Below are positions 50,901 through 63,945 of a stretch of DNA of 64,000 bases, piece by piece (positions within the stretch are counted from its first letter, which is position 1; each line of letters begins with the position of its first letter). This DNA comes from Macrostomum lignano (Eukaryota): positions 186,001 to 250,000 of the forward strand of contig NIVC01000827.1 in assembly GCA_002269645.1 (NCBI GenBank), read 5' to 3'. The position numbers and the translations under genes were made by a program. Under the pieces are notes generated by a model. That model was given only the letters and a program-made list of their open reading frames with translations, made no database searches and was not told where the DNA came from.

Positions 50901-53327
50901 AACTGGAGCCACTGTTGCTGGGGGGGATTATAAATGCATTATAGAAGAAGTTCAGAAGCCCAGCTGGAGCAGGTCTCCCTGGATCAAGAGGATTAAGCTA
51001 ACTATGGAAAATAGAAACTTAGAGGCAGCTTGAGGGCAGTCTCGCAGGCACGTAAGGAGTACGAGCCATTGTGAACTCAATAAAGTAACTCGTATATAAC
51101 TACTAAGCATATCGATCTGTGCCGAATGAAATGCCCGAAGCCGCTCTGAGCAGGGAAGCGGGAGGGGGGAGACCCGGTTACTTACTAGAGCTGCTCAAAG
51201 CTGTCTCTTCTTAATCCCCAGTGGGTAAAAATGATTAGATTAGATTAGCAGAAGGCTAAGGCAGTAAGCATGGCATTATGGTGAGCGCCAGGGTGAGAGG
51301 GTTAGGCTGGTTGACTTAATCACGTCAAATCACTCAGGTCGAACTCCGAACCTGTGCAGTGCAATTAACAAAAAAAAAATTCGACAAAATCCAAGAAACA
51401 AAGGAAAATTCTAACTGGTTGCTGGCGGCGCGGTGGTGCCGGAGACAGCGGCTGAGTCTGTTGGCTGCTCAGACGAGTTTGAGCCAGCCGCAGGAGTTGC
51501 AGAAGTTGCTGAAGCAACTGTGTCGCCTGTTTCTGCAGAAGCCGACTCGTTGGTTTTGCCTGCCGCTGTTTGAGTTGTCACGCTATTGGCAGCTGGGCGT
51601 GATGTGTGCGTTTGTGAAGTTATTATTAATAACGGGTTATTAGCATTGTTACTTTTAAATAAAATCAAGACAACATTAAATATTAAGTATTTTAAATATG
51701 ATAGGCGAGTCACCATGGCATAGCGAAAGCTTAGTTAAAATATGAAGTTATTAACAAAAATAAATGGACTAAATGGTCAAGTGAAAGCTTATATAGCTAC
51801 AGCCCGGAACACTGGCTATGCAGTCAGTCACAGTTTTAGACTTATTTGATTTCAAATTTTAACTGTTTGGCAAGCGGGTTTAATAACATAATCCGTGTCT
51901 AAAAATGAAATATGCAATGTTGAACATTCTGGATTTTTAGCAATGCATTCTGTCACCATCCGCTTCTCTTCATGTCACCATCCGCTTCTCTTCATGTCAC
52001 TATCCGCCCTTCTCCTGTCACTATCCGCTTCTCTTCATGTCACTATCCGCCCTCTTCCTGTCACTATCCGCCCTCTTCCTGTCACTAACCGCCCTCTTCC
52101 TGTCACTATCTGCCCTCTTCCTGTCACTATCCGCCCTCTTCCTATCCCTATCCGCCCCTCTTCCTGTCTCTATCCGCCCTCTTCCTATCCCTATCCGCCC
52201 TCTTCCTGTCACTATCCGCCCTCTTCCTGTCACTATCCGCCCTCTTCCTGTCACTATCCGCACTCTTCCTATCCCTATCCGCCTATTCCTGTCACTATCC
52301 GCCCTCTTCCTGTCACTATCCGCCCTCTTCCTATCCCTATCCGCCTATTCCTGTCACTATCCGCCCTCTTCCTATCCCTATCCGCCCCTCTTCCTGTCAC
52401 TATCCGCCCCTCTTCTTGTCACTATCAGTCACCTTTTCTGTTTCTTAAACCCTCTACCTCTCTATCCCTCTCTTTCCGCTCTCTGCCCCTTTCTTTCCGC
52501 TCTCTACCCCTTTCTTTCCGCTCTCTACCACGCACCCTCCAATCAACAATAAAAAAATCTAGGGAACAGAGCTACGTAAAGCAATAAACATAAATACTAA
52601 AATCTAAACCGCAAGCAAAAGCCTCACCAGTTGTGACAGCAGTAGCAGTGGGCGCCGCTGTTGTAGCAGCAGCCGCGGTAGTCACGACTAGCGGCGCCGG
52701 CTGGCACCCGCTGGAGGACCGCCGGACGAAGCCGCTGCGACATTCGCAGAAGCCCTCGCTGCCGCTGCCGCTATCCGAGGCGCCGAAGTTGCACTCTTCG
52801 CCAGGGCCGCAGTCGCCCAGGGTGCTCATGCTGCAGGATTTCTTAGCCTGGCAGGCTGAGCTCATGCAGTAGTGCCCGTCGCCGCAGGCGGAGTCGCTGC
52901 CGGCGGCGCACACGGAGCGCAGCGGCAGGTAGACGGCCTTGTCGGCATCGGCAGATTTTCGCCGGCGAGGCTGACAGGCCAGCGCCGATCGGCAGCTGAC
53001 GATGAAGCACTCGCTCTTGTACAGCAGGGCCGAGTGGCAGGCGGGGTTGGCGCAGCACAGGCTGGCGCAGCCGGGCAAGTCGCTGATGTTGGCGAATTTC
53101 TTGTACACGCCCGCCAGCTTACCGGAGCGCGGGGCGGCCCGCGGCAGGCCGTCCAGCCGGAGCAGCTGCGGCTTCGGCAGAGCGCAGGCGTCGACGCCAT
53201 CGCCAGCAATGCCGGCAGCGGAATTTGCCGGCACTTCGACTGCGGTTGCCATGGGAACCACTATTATTGTTGCCGTTGCTAGGGCAACTGTCAGAGCCAG
53301 CAGAGGTCTATTAGATAATAAAGGCAT
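41769..53327 (-). CDS. KIAA0319L: KIAA0319/KIAA0319L (AAVR)-family type I membrane protein: signal, MANEC, Cys-rich module, S/T linker, 5 PKD domains, EGF-like C6, TM, tail; 8 exons, ~1067 aa
   Basis: [26 protein letters not shown] (MANEC); PKD repeats ([34 protein letters not shown]); [23 protein letters not shown]; [12 protein letters not shown] plus TM; [11 protein letters not shown] tail. The vertebrate paralog cannot be resolved. Confidence 0.9.
42119..42945. repeat. 21-bp ACCGGAAGCACCAAGAACACA intronic minisatellite
   Basis: Visible. Confidence 0.95.
42978..43767 (-). CDS. KIAA0319L: KIAA0319-family exon 7 (PKD5, C6, TM)
   Basis: See gene feature. Confidence 0.9.
44014..44384 (-). CDS. 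KIAA0319L: KIAA0319-family exon 6
   Basis: [13 protein letters not shown]...[11 protein letters not shown]...EYKWT. Confidence 0.9.
44445..44705. repeat. Degenerate GTACTTTT(G/T)TGCA-type intronic repeat
   Basis: Visible. Confidence 0.8.
44891..45064 (-). CDS. KIAA0319L: KIAA0319-family exon 5
   Basis: [25 protein letters not shown]. Confidence 0.9.
45195..46135. repeat. 22-bp GCCGGAAGTTGATGCTTTAAAT intronic minisatellite
   Basis: Visible. Confidence 0.95.
46222..46752 (-). CDS. KIAA0319L: KIAA0319-family exon 4
   Basis: PPKAVIKP...[19 protein letters not shown]...SADMQ. Confidence 0.9.
46825..48320. repeat. 35-bp GACCGGAAGTAGAGATAGAGGATTTGCACACAACT intronic minisatellite
   Basis: Visible. 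Confidence 0.95.
48935..49690. repeat. 28/29-bp GTATGCCAGGGGTCAATATCGAATCCCAG intronic minisatellite
   Basis: Visible. Confidence 0.95.
49739..49974 (-). CDS. KIAA0319L: KIAA0319-family exon 3
   Basis: [22 protein letters not shown]...[14 protein letters not shown]. Confidence 0.9.
50385..50725. repeat. 22-bp CATTATCCCAACTCCAGAACCT intronic minisatellite
   Basis: Visible. Confidence 0.95.
51416..51592 (-). CDS. KIAA0319L: KIAA0319-family exon 2 (S/T/A-rich linker)
   Basis: Phase 1-1, AG/GT flanked, open. Confidence 0.7.
51950..52430. repeat. 21-bp GTCACTATCCGCCCTCTTCCT intronic minisatellite
   Basis: Visible. Confidence 0.95.
52628..53327 (-). CDS. KIAA0319L: KIAA0319-family exon 1
   Basis: [17 protein letters not shown] signal, MANEC, Cys-rich module. 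Confidence 0.8.
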
Positions 53328-54996
53328 TGGGCAATCAATCTGCCTGGATGACTGGCATGCAATGTGTTCGGGTTTTGTGCATTCAAATTTGATCTCGGTT
53401 TGTTTTACTGTTATCATATATTTTACTCAATTTACTGTTCAAACTCTTGGACATATGATTGAAGGAATGCATCTGACATACCTTGTGCTGCAAACCAACA
53501 ATTTAATTCCATGCACAGATACCTTCATTTGCAGTTTGTTGTGATTATTCATGAAAGCCAACCCCCCCCCTATGTTAGGGTAACCAAAGGCTTTCACTAA
53601 ATTATTATAATTATTAAGCCCAAGCCCAAAGAAGACAAAGTGCATATCCACATACATATTTATATACCAGCTATGGGATAAATACTCAAATAAATGTATT
53701 ATTTCATTATCTAAACTAATACCCTTACCTAAAATAAGTCCAATAACTAATACCTAGCTTGCATAAAAATAATTATATATAAGTTTAAAATATATTATTC
53801 TCTTGACAATATTTATTCCCAATAGACTATTATACTGTTGCGTATTGAGAGAATATATACAAACTTGCTCATATTAATATTGATGTACTATTATCATTTT
53901 TCATATTGTCTGTTTGGTAAAGCCACTCTCTTGTCCCCTTCAAGTTTCACTTTTGTCTATGTCCTATCTCTCTGCAGGCATTCATATATTCTAGAGCATT
54001 GCTCCCTTGTTTTGTTTCCCCAAAATATACTTGAACCTTAAGGCAAATCCACAAGAATAAAAGTGCATCAGCATTTCTGCTACTTCAATTCTTTAGAAAG
54101 AATCTACATTCTCTTGATAACTTTGCATGAGCCACTTTATATACTAACCATCGCATTTAAATCATCTTAAATTTAAATATATAATATATGTAATTTTAAC
54201 AAAAATTATATTTCTATTAAGGCTAAAAGTACCTTAATATAACAAATCATATATATCACATTGTGTTTGACATCACCAATATTGCTAAATATGAGTTAGC
54301 TAAGTTCTTAGTCTAAGATTCTATTCTTTAGCCAAAAAATCTTTTAGAATTTAGGATCAACTTAAACAATCTGATTATTGAAGCTTTAAGATTTATAAAA
54401 CCAAATAATAATAATGATATTATGCTTTAAGCTTAGTGTTTAGAGTGACAAGTCACGCGACTTTTTGTGCCTACCAAAAATTTTTGCACCTGAGTTTTCT
54501 TGAGGTTCATATGTAAGTATATTGCATCTACAATGAGATATAAAAAGCCACCTTATAACCTTATTGAATATTTTCCTTTCTATATGCTATAAACACGAAA
54601 AAACAAGCACAAAAGAAAATCTGTTTACAGGGCTGCTTCTATGCCTAACTTCCAAAAAAATTCTTTTTTTTCTGGCAAAAAAATTGACTAAACTTTTTGT
54701 GCCATTTAGATACAATAATTTGTACCATTGTTACAATTTTTTTGTATTTGCATTTGGCAACATCAGATTTGCACCTTACTCCAAACACTGCTTAGGCCTT
54801 AAAGTTTGTGGCTAGATTTTCTATACTAGGCATTCCCTACTGATTATTTATTATTCCAAAGTATTGAGTAGGTCAATGGAATTTTTGTCATTGGAATCCC
54901 AGCTAGCTAGGATATTGCCATCACAATAACTAAGTACTTTAACTAAGACATTAAGTCATTGAGCCTATTGAGTCTATTAGATTTTAAAAATGCTAT

Positions 54997-55784
54997 GGGC
55001 TCATTCCATATAAGCATGGTCGTAACATGACAGGTTATTTTTACTTATAAAATGAAATCTAATAATAGAATATACTAAACCAATATTTTAAATGAAAGAT
55101 TATTTTGTCTAGAATATATTTATAGAGTTTCATATAGATATCATCATTAGTATAGATGCTATTAAACCTTAAATGACACTTATGGTCGTAACGACAGGAT
55201 TTTTGACATATAGAAACTAAAAGGTAAAAGTCTTATAACATTTTTCATTTTTGATATTTTGCAATACATTTTTAAAATTTGACTAAGAACATCTTTAGAA
55301 ATCATACTCTTTTATTAGAATATATAAACTCAAAAGGCAACAAAGATACAAAAGAAAAGGCAGCCTTATGGTCGGAACATTATGGTTGTAACATATTTTT
55401 TTCTGTCAATTCAGTAACTTTGAGGTACAAATACATTAAAAATATAATAGATTATTTGGTCACCAATGCTTTTATCTGATGATGCAAGTACTATACTTTT
55501 ATCTATAGTTTGTTTCAACCTTCAAAAGCTTTCTATTTGTTTTTAAAAGGTACAAAATCTTAATGATGTCTTTTGCTTCGAAAAATGTCCAAATTTTTAT
55601 AAAAATGACTTTTTGCCAATTGATAACATACTAATCCAACATTTTACCATTCCTTTATTCTTAGATTGTATATATTGCACAATATAAACATTTGGTAAAA
55701 AAATAGGCTAATTAGGCAATGGCAAGCAAAAATATTGACTTTTTTCTATTTTCCAAATATGTCCATCTTATATGGAATGAGCCT
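54997..55784. mobile_element. Non-autonomous DNA transposon (MITE-like), ~788 bp, ~22-bp TIRs, possible AT TSD
   Basis: GGGCTCATTCCATATAAGCATGG versus the reverse complement of CCATCTTATATGGAATGAGCCT; AT on both flanks. Confidence 0.6.
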
Positions 55785-56505
55785 ATGGGTATAACTTAAA
55801 TACTATGTTGATCAACTCTTTTTTAATTTTTAAATATTATATAATTATCTTTGGACTTTGAACTTCAAAGTCCAAAACACAAAACAACTTTTGTGTTTGT
55901 CATATTTATGCTTCTAATAGCTAAAATTGATTAGTTTGTTAGTAAGTTAAAAACAAAGCCAAAGGTCTTTATAGTTTTGTCTATTAATGTTATATACCAA
56001 TTGTTTTTTAGACCCTAGTAAACAAGTTGTTTTTTGCACATTGCATAGCCTATTGAAAACCAAAATGTCTTAAAAATTAGAATTAGAACAAAAGAACAAA
56101 CTGGCCCAATTTTGCTTGATATAATATTGATGATTTGCTTAACTATTAATAAATACAATGTTTATAAAATGAAAAAAATAAACAATAAGCCTATTAAGCT
56201 ATATAAGCCTAGATTTAACAAGCCTTAAATTTCAAAATCTTGCATATAAACCAGGATTGCAATTTTTTAATTTGTTGCATTGAATTATTTTTGTTTTTTT
56301 TACAAAAAATGTGGTCTTATAAGTTACAATTTTAGGATTCTTGTATGACTATATTTTATTCTTATTAGGGCCTATATTATTCTCCTTTATTTTCACTTCT
56401 ACATCCCACCTCACTTTACTTTAGTTTAATAATGCATTTATAAATTCTCTGACTCTATTGAGGGAGGGCATTGTATTACAAAAGTGAATATAAAGATTAT
56501 GCTCT

Positions 56506-56634
56506 AGTAAGCTAGAATTGTAACATTTTTGCAATCATTGCTATATCAATTTTATTTTTTGACTATTCTCTATTGGGTAGGCCCTATCATATTACAAAAT
56601 TGATGCAAAATGTTAGATAGGCCTACTATATTAT
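56506..56634 (+). repeat. Left copy of the 129-bp direct repeat flanking the LINE
   Basis: Identical to 57937-58065. Confidence 0.95.
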
Positions 56635-57936
<1,302 letters not shown>

Positions 57937-58065
57937 AGTAAGCTAGAATTGTAACATTTTTGCAATCATTGCTATATCAATTTTATTTTTTGACTATTCT
58001 CTATTGGGTAGGCCCTATCATATTACAAAATTGATGCAAAATGTTAGATAGGCCTACTATATTAT
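57937..58065 (+). repeat. Right copy of the 129-bp direct repeat flanking the LINE
   Basis: Identical to 56506-56634. Confidence 0.95.
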
Positions 58066-59029
58066 AAAATAAAAAATGCCAAAACTGATTAATATATGGG
58101 CCTATTTATAATATATATAGACATTTAGACTTGGTAAATTTAAGCCTTGATTATGACTAGGGCCTATTTATAAGTATAACTATAACTAGGCCTACTTAAA
58201 ATTTTGTTTTTTTTCATATAAAAAAATTATGGGGGCCTAGGCGGCTAGGCCCTAATCAAACTTTATGGGGGCACCCTGAGCACCCCCTTTAAATATCCAC
58301 TACTGTCTTTATTTAGCTCTTTAATTAGGCTCTATTCCTTGAAATTGAACTTACACTTCTTTACAGTTATTGTAGTCTTACTATAAAATCAATTTAAATT
58401 AAGCCTAGTTAGGCCTAGTAGTAGTTGTAATTCAATGTAACTTTAATTGATAGGCAAGCAACAGCCCATTTTTTGGCAATTGTTCATAGTCAGGACTCAG
58501 GATTCAGAAAGAGGAAGGTCACAATAGGTCACAAAGGATATTTGAATCCTGAATAGAATTCCTGAATAGAATCTAGAATGAATAAAATAGAATAGAATAG
58601 GGCCTAGAACAAATAGAATAGAATCATGAATAGAATCATGAATAGAATTTTAAATCAATAATACCATGCAAACACTATGTGGTGGTAATATCATGACATT
58701 GAAATGTAGTTGGGTATGCCCAAAGGAGATTTTGTAGCCTATAGCTTCTATTAAATCGACTTTGTTTGCTTCACCATCGGTCATAGACTCCATCAATTAA
58801 GCACTTGTTTCCAAGAAATTATTATAGCCTTAAACCAATTTAACACCGGAAAGTTTCAAATTTAAGTTAGATTAGTTAGATTTGGTCGGATGCACAGTTA
58901 CACATTTTGCATAAGCTTTGATATTTTTGATAAAAACTTTGGTAAAAACATTTTTGGTAAGTCGAGGAGCTGCAAATTTTTTCAGTTAAATTTAGGCTGC
59001 AGAACGGCGATACATTACTGTGCCGATCC

Positions 59030-59240
59030 CTGAAGGCTGGGCAAAGCATGCAGGCCCAATGGGCCCCGCGTCAGTTTTCTAGCTGTTCCTCCCAGGTCTC
59101 GGCGTTGTAAATCAGGATGGTTTCCGACTACCACCTAGAATAACGCCGTTCTCTGGTGGTCAGGTAGTCAGGTAGGGTCTCAGACTTCAGGCTGCCCTCT
59201 CGCATCCAAGGCAAAGCCTGTGGCAATGCAGCAGATCAAA
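59030..59240 (-). mobile_element. Highly decayed RTE/L2-like LINE fragment
   Basis: LPDHQRTALF*VV/ETILIYNAETW resembles the post-RT motif LFxAxVESVLLYGxETW; stops and frameshifts present. Confidence 0.4.
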
Positions 59241-59934
59241 CTGATCGTATAACCGTTGGAAACCAGCTGCAATAATTAATTATGAAGCACCCAGGCCATC
59301 AAGCAACACAACAAGCATGCAGGAACGGTGCTATTGAGCATGGTATCTTATTAGTCTTGATTAAGAAGCCCAAGAATTGATGCATGGAAAAATTCCGATA
59401 CATGCTATTCGGTGCAGTTGGCACAGCACTTTTCTTATCATTGTTACATCGCCATTATGCTTTAGCAAGTTGCACACCCGAAGGAGAATTGATGTCCAGC
59501 AATTCTATACACGCGGTAATATAGAACTAATTTTGACCCTAACGCTGCTTGCTGCATGGCACCCTTCGTGCTGGAACCCGATGCTCATGGCAACCCTTGG
59601 TGCCGGCGCCCTTAACTATCTGCTTCTGAGAGAGGTGTGCAGCTCCTGCGTTAGTGTAAACATCGGCCAGTTTGTTTCAGCACTCGTTGTTGTAATGTTT
59701 CGGTGTTGTTTCGTCGTGCATACAATGTACATGTACGTGCCATGCTGAGCAGGTCATGACTCTGCATGTATCACGACAGGAGCGCTGCCGTGCTGACACC
59801 CGGCCGGACGCCGGACAGTCTGTCGGATTTCTTTGAGACGTCCAGTAGGGTGGCTTCAGCCGGGAGATACCACCATTCGTGTTCCTCCTGGTGCTTGAAT
59901 TGGTGCTGCAGACCGCGCTCTCCCCTTCCCCTTC

Positions 59935-60965
59935 CGGCCCTTCCCCTCGGCTTAGCTCTCCCTTCCTCCATCTCTTCCTTCCCCCAGCTCTCTTTTCCTC
60001 CCAGCTCACCCCAAGCTTTCCCTTCCTTCCAGCTCTCCCCTAGATCTCCCTTCTCCCAATTTTTCCCTTCACCTAAGCTCTCCCTCCCCCCTGCAGCTCT
60101 CCATTCCCCCAGCTCTCCATTCCCCCAGCTCTCCCTTCCTCCCAGCTCTCCATTCCCCCAGCTCTCCATTCCCCCAGCTCTCCATTCCCCCAACTCTCCC
60201 TTCCTCCAGCTCTCCCTTCCCCCAGCTCTCCCTTCCCCCAGCTCTCCCTTCCTCCAGCTCTCCCTTCCCCCAGCTCTCCATTCCCCCAGCTCTCCCTTCC
60301 TCCCAGCTCTCCATTCCCCCAGCTCTCCCTTCCCCCAGCTCTCCCTTCCTCCATCTCTCCCTTCCCCCAGCTCTTCCTTCCCCCAGCTCTCCCTTCCTCC
60401 CAGCTCTCCATTCCCCCAGCTTTCCCTTCCCCCAGCTCTCCCTTCCTCCATCTCTCCCTTCCTCCATCTCTCCCTTCCCCCAGCTCTTCCTTCCCCCAGA
60501 TCTTCATTTCCCCAGCTCTCCCTTCCCCCAGCTCTCCCTTCCCCCAGATCTCCCTTTCCCCAGCTTTTCCTTCCCCCAGCTCTCTATTCCCCCAGCTCTC
60601 CCTTCCTCCCAGCTCTCCCTTCCCCAGCTCTCCCTTCCCCCAGCTCTCCATTCCCCCAGCTCTCCCTTCCCCCAGCTCTCCCTTCCCCCAGCTCTCCATT
60701 CCCCCAGCTCTCCATTCCCCCAGCTCTCCATTCCCCCAGCTCTCTATTCCCCCAGCTCTCCCTTCCTCCCAGCTCTCCCTTCCTCCATCTCTTCCTTCCC
60801 CCAGCTCTCTTTTCCTCCCAGCTCAACCCAAGCCTTCCCTTCCTTCCAGCTCTCCCCTAGATCTCCCTTCTCCCAATTTTTCCCTTCCTTCCAGCTCTCC
60901 TTTAGATCTCCCTTCTCCCAATTGTTCCCTTCACCTAAGCTCCCTCCCCCTGCAGCTCTCCCTTC
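59935..60965. repeat. C/T-rich CCCCAGCTCTCCCTT minisatellite; a ~115-bp block is repeated at both ends
   Basis: Visible; 59955-60070 is nearly identical to 60773-60890. Confidence 0.95.
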
Positions 60966-61296
60966 CTCAAAAGATTTTTTCGCTGTTCTCACTGTCAGAT
61001 AAGTTATCACCTAATCTGTCAAGACACTTCAAAGTAATGCAACCCGCATATCTTTGCTTGACAAGATAACCGCCCACAGGAGAGCTCTCACGTACTCATA
61101 GATCAACGTACATATCTAACATATATTTGTTGGGTGCAAGGGTCGATTTGAGTCGCACAAGATCGAGGCACTTATCGACGGCATTTCCAATCAATTTAAA
61201 GTTAAGGGATATAAAATTAGGGACAACACCGCGTGCCCTTATCTACCTGTCGATTTGATGTGCGAATTTGTCATCCGGTTGCTGCCAGAAGATTTC

Positions 61297-61304
61297 TATA
61301 AATA
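61297..61304 (+). promoter_or_regulatory. Candidate TATA box of the peptide gene
   Basis: TATAAATA ~100 bp upstream of the donor AAG|GTAAAC at 61401. Confidence 0.55.
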
Positions 61305-61684
61305 CAGCAACTGCATCACGCAAACTATTAACTAAACTAAACAAGCTAAAATACTAAAATATTTTGAAGAAATATACGGCAGCAACGAATAATCAAGAAG
61401 GTAAACAGCTGGTGTGTGTTCATTGCTTATTTGCGTGTTTTTTTCGTGTCTTTTTGTCTCTGTTTTTCTCTCTGTCCCTCATCTCGGCATATCCAGCTCT
61501 TATTCTCTTTCTGACTCTCTTTTTATATATATATATATCCAACTCTCTCCTTCACTGTCTACCAACCTTTATCTCAGTAGAACATAATCTCCCTCTATAT
61601 ATTTAAATGAATATTTGTCTTTCTCGCCCATTCAATATTACTCTTTTTATCAATCTGGCTCGCATTCGTTCTTCCCCCTATCTT

Positions 61685-61686
<2 letters not shown>

Positions 61687-61743
<57 letters not shown>
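61687..61743. repeat. (TC)n microsatellite in the 5' UTR intron (61401-61803)
   Basis: Visible. Confidence 0.95.
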
Positions 61744-61747
<4 letters not shown>

Positions 61748-61804
61748 CCGTCTGTATGTCTGATTTTGCGACTGATGCCAAGCCTGATCCCCAATCCTTC
61801 CAGA

Positions 61805-62104
61805 ATGAAGTGCGTCTTCCTGATTCTCCTGGGACTGGCGGCCTTCATGGTGCAGCCGTCGGAGCAGAAGGTCAACTGGGGCATCTCGGTGGACCTCACG
61901 AAGATCATCAACTACGGCCTGAACAAGCTGGACACGATGTTCTCCTGCGCCAAGTACGACGGCGTCAGGGGCGCCGGCTGCTGGCACAACAACTGGGAGA
62001 AGCGGGACCTCATGTGCAAGAGGCTGAGCGCGTGCTGGTCCAGGCGGTGGTCCTACAGCCACAGCCTGCTGGGCGGCCGCTGCTACTGCTGCCACTGCCC
62101 TTGA
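61805..62104 (+). CDS. Small secreted cationic 8-Cys peptide, 99 aa, family unrecognised
   Basis: MKCVFLILLGLAAFMVQPSEQ signal; GC3-rich coding-like codons against AT-rich flanks; acceptor CTTCCAG 1 nt before the ATG; ATTAAA at 62152-62157. Confidence 0.85.
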   Translation: MKCVFLILLGLAAFMVQPSEQKVNWGISVDLTKIINYGLNKLDTMFSCAKYDGVRGAGCWHNNWEKRDLMCKRLSACWSRRWSYSHSLLGGRCYCCHCP

Positions 62105-62873
62105 ACTGGCTGTCACTAACTGCCATTTTGTGGCTGTCGTAATGACAGGCAATTAAAAAGCAAATATACTTAAGGTCTTGTTTGGTCAGCCTGCAAACCT
62201 TCGGCATTGTAAAAGCAGCGGCTAACGGCCTTGAGTCTCATTTTGCATTTTAATGAGTAATGAATCCACGGGTGATGAATCCATTGGAGACAGTGAATCG
62301 TTAGCTGAGTTAGTGATTAAAATCCATGAGTGAGGGATTCCTTAAGGAGCTGAAAGTCTGCTAAAATATACATGTGAAAGGTGTCTCGGTCACTTACATA
62401 CTTTAGGGTAATTCTTCATCGTGGTGAATCCTAGGGTGATTGTGAATTTACGTGTGGTTAATGTCTCTCCATGATGCTTAGCATGCCAATTATAGGGAAT
62501 TAGGGCAATATAAAAATGGTTCTAGGTTAAATGCTTGTGAAGCTTAGTAATTTAAAGTGAAGAACCAATTTTGCAGAAATTTGATAGGCTACTTATTCTC
62601 AAATCTGTAAATCTTTGTCTTTTTTACTTTCTCTCTTCCCTCTCTCTCTCCTCTGTTCTCTTTCAATATTCGAAATCACAGCACTTCGCTTAATGCTTTG
62701 GGGTTCGAGAATTCTTCCTGTTCTAACTGCCCTGTGGTGTCAACTGGCTGACAAAGAATTGCAAGTCTTACAGACTGATAGAGTTATAACACGCTTGGCA
62801 ACTCTTAACTTCTTAGCCCCTAATCCGAGCGGGGCCTGTGCATTTAACAGAACCCGTTTCGATCTCGTACCAC

Positions 62874-63657
62874 AGACTGAAAATTTTCTGTCTATGGTCG
62901 ACACTCGCTGGCTCAGCGGAGTTCAATTTAATCCTGGGGCATCAATTTGATCATTCTACTCATATAACGTTAGATATCCAGTGCTATAACACAAGTCGTT
63001 TACTTATCATTGAGAAAATCTAAAACAGAACAATACAATAAACAAATAAAAGCTTTAGCGTCGGATGTCGTCGAGTCAGGCTGGAATAAACCTCAGCATC
63101 TGCCGGTACCAGCCTCCGCATTTTGCAACGGTCACTTCACGGGTTGCGTCCTCTGCAACCCTCTGTAGGACAAGGATTCGCCACTCTCGTAGCGAATGAC
63201 CATCAGGCGGATTGTCCAGCTCTTCTTGCAGTTGTGGTTGAGCCAGCTGGCGTTTGGTGCCTTCAGGCAGGCATGCGCGTTCTCCACAGGATTGAGGAAT
63301 GGCGAGTAGCTATGGAGGCAATGTCACCAGGCGCCAAGCGGGCTGAAATTGATCTGGGATTGTCACTCCATGATGAAAACGGGCGTCATCCATGATCACA
63401 CAGACTCCTCGCCATCAGGTGCATCACCACACCACGACTCGTCACGCTTTGCACCAGATCATTGATGAACGTTTGGTACCTGACTGCCATCATAGTCTCT
63501 CCGAAGATCATATGATGTAAAAACAAGTTGAAAACAGGTTTCGCTAACAGTAAAAATGTGCATTGAATGCAGAGAATGATCAAATTGATGCCCCCAGGAT
63601 TAAATTGAACTCTGCTATGCCAACGAGTGTCGACCATAGACAGAAAACTTTCAGTCT
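62874..63657 (-). mobile_element. Internally deleted Tc1/IS630-like DNA transposon with ~85-bp imperfect TIRs and a DDE C-terminal remnant
   Basis: TIRs 62874-62957 and 63573-63657; VIMDDARFH...LPP/YSPFLNPVENAHACLK...CGGWYRQ on the minus strand, with frameshifts. No TA TSD seen. Confidence 0.8.
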
Positions 63658-63801
63658 CGCAAGCCTGATTTCCGTATCTATGATTAAATTGAAAGCTTGC
63701 AGTACCAACTAGGCCGCAAAAAGGAATACTGTAGGGTGGGGAGGCCGGGGATGAGACAGCTTAGTCATGCTGTCTGTGCTTGGGAAAGGGAGCATGGTTG
63801 C

Positions 63802-63856
63802 ACTGGGTCAGGGACTTCTCTATATAGCATCCCTATAGAGAAGTCCCTTACTGGGT
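63802..63856. other. 41-bp foldback (15-bp perfect stem) flanked by a 7-bp direct repeat ACTGGGT
   Basis: AGGGACTTCTCTATA-tagcatccc-TATAGAGAAGTCCCT. Confidence 0.8.
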
Positions 63857-63941
63857 ACGCAGCAGACAGGGTATCAAGCCTAGACAGGTTCTAACGTGTT
63901 ACCCCTCGCTCACAGTCACAACACTTCCCTCTCTCCCCTTT

Positions 63942-63945
<4 letters not shown>

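Noticed and set aside
59690-59930. GC-rich patch resembling an exon (HQFKHQEEHEWWYLPAEATLL on the minus strand)
   Set aside because: No recognisable homology, no partner exons and ambiguous strand; insufficient support.
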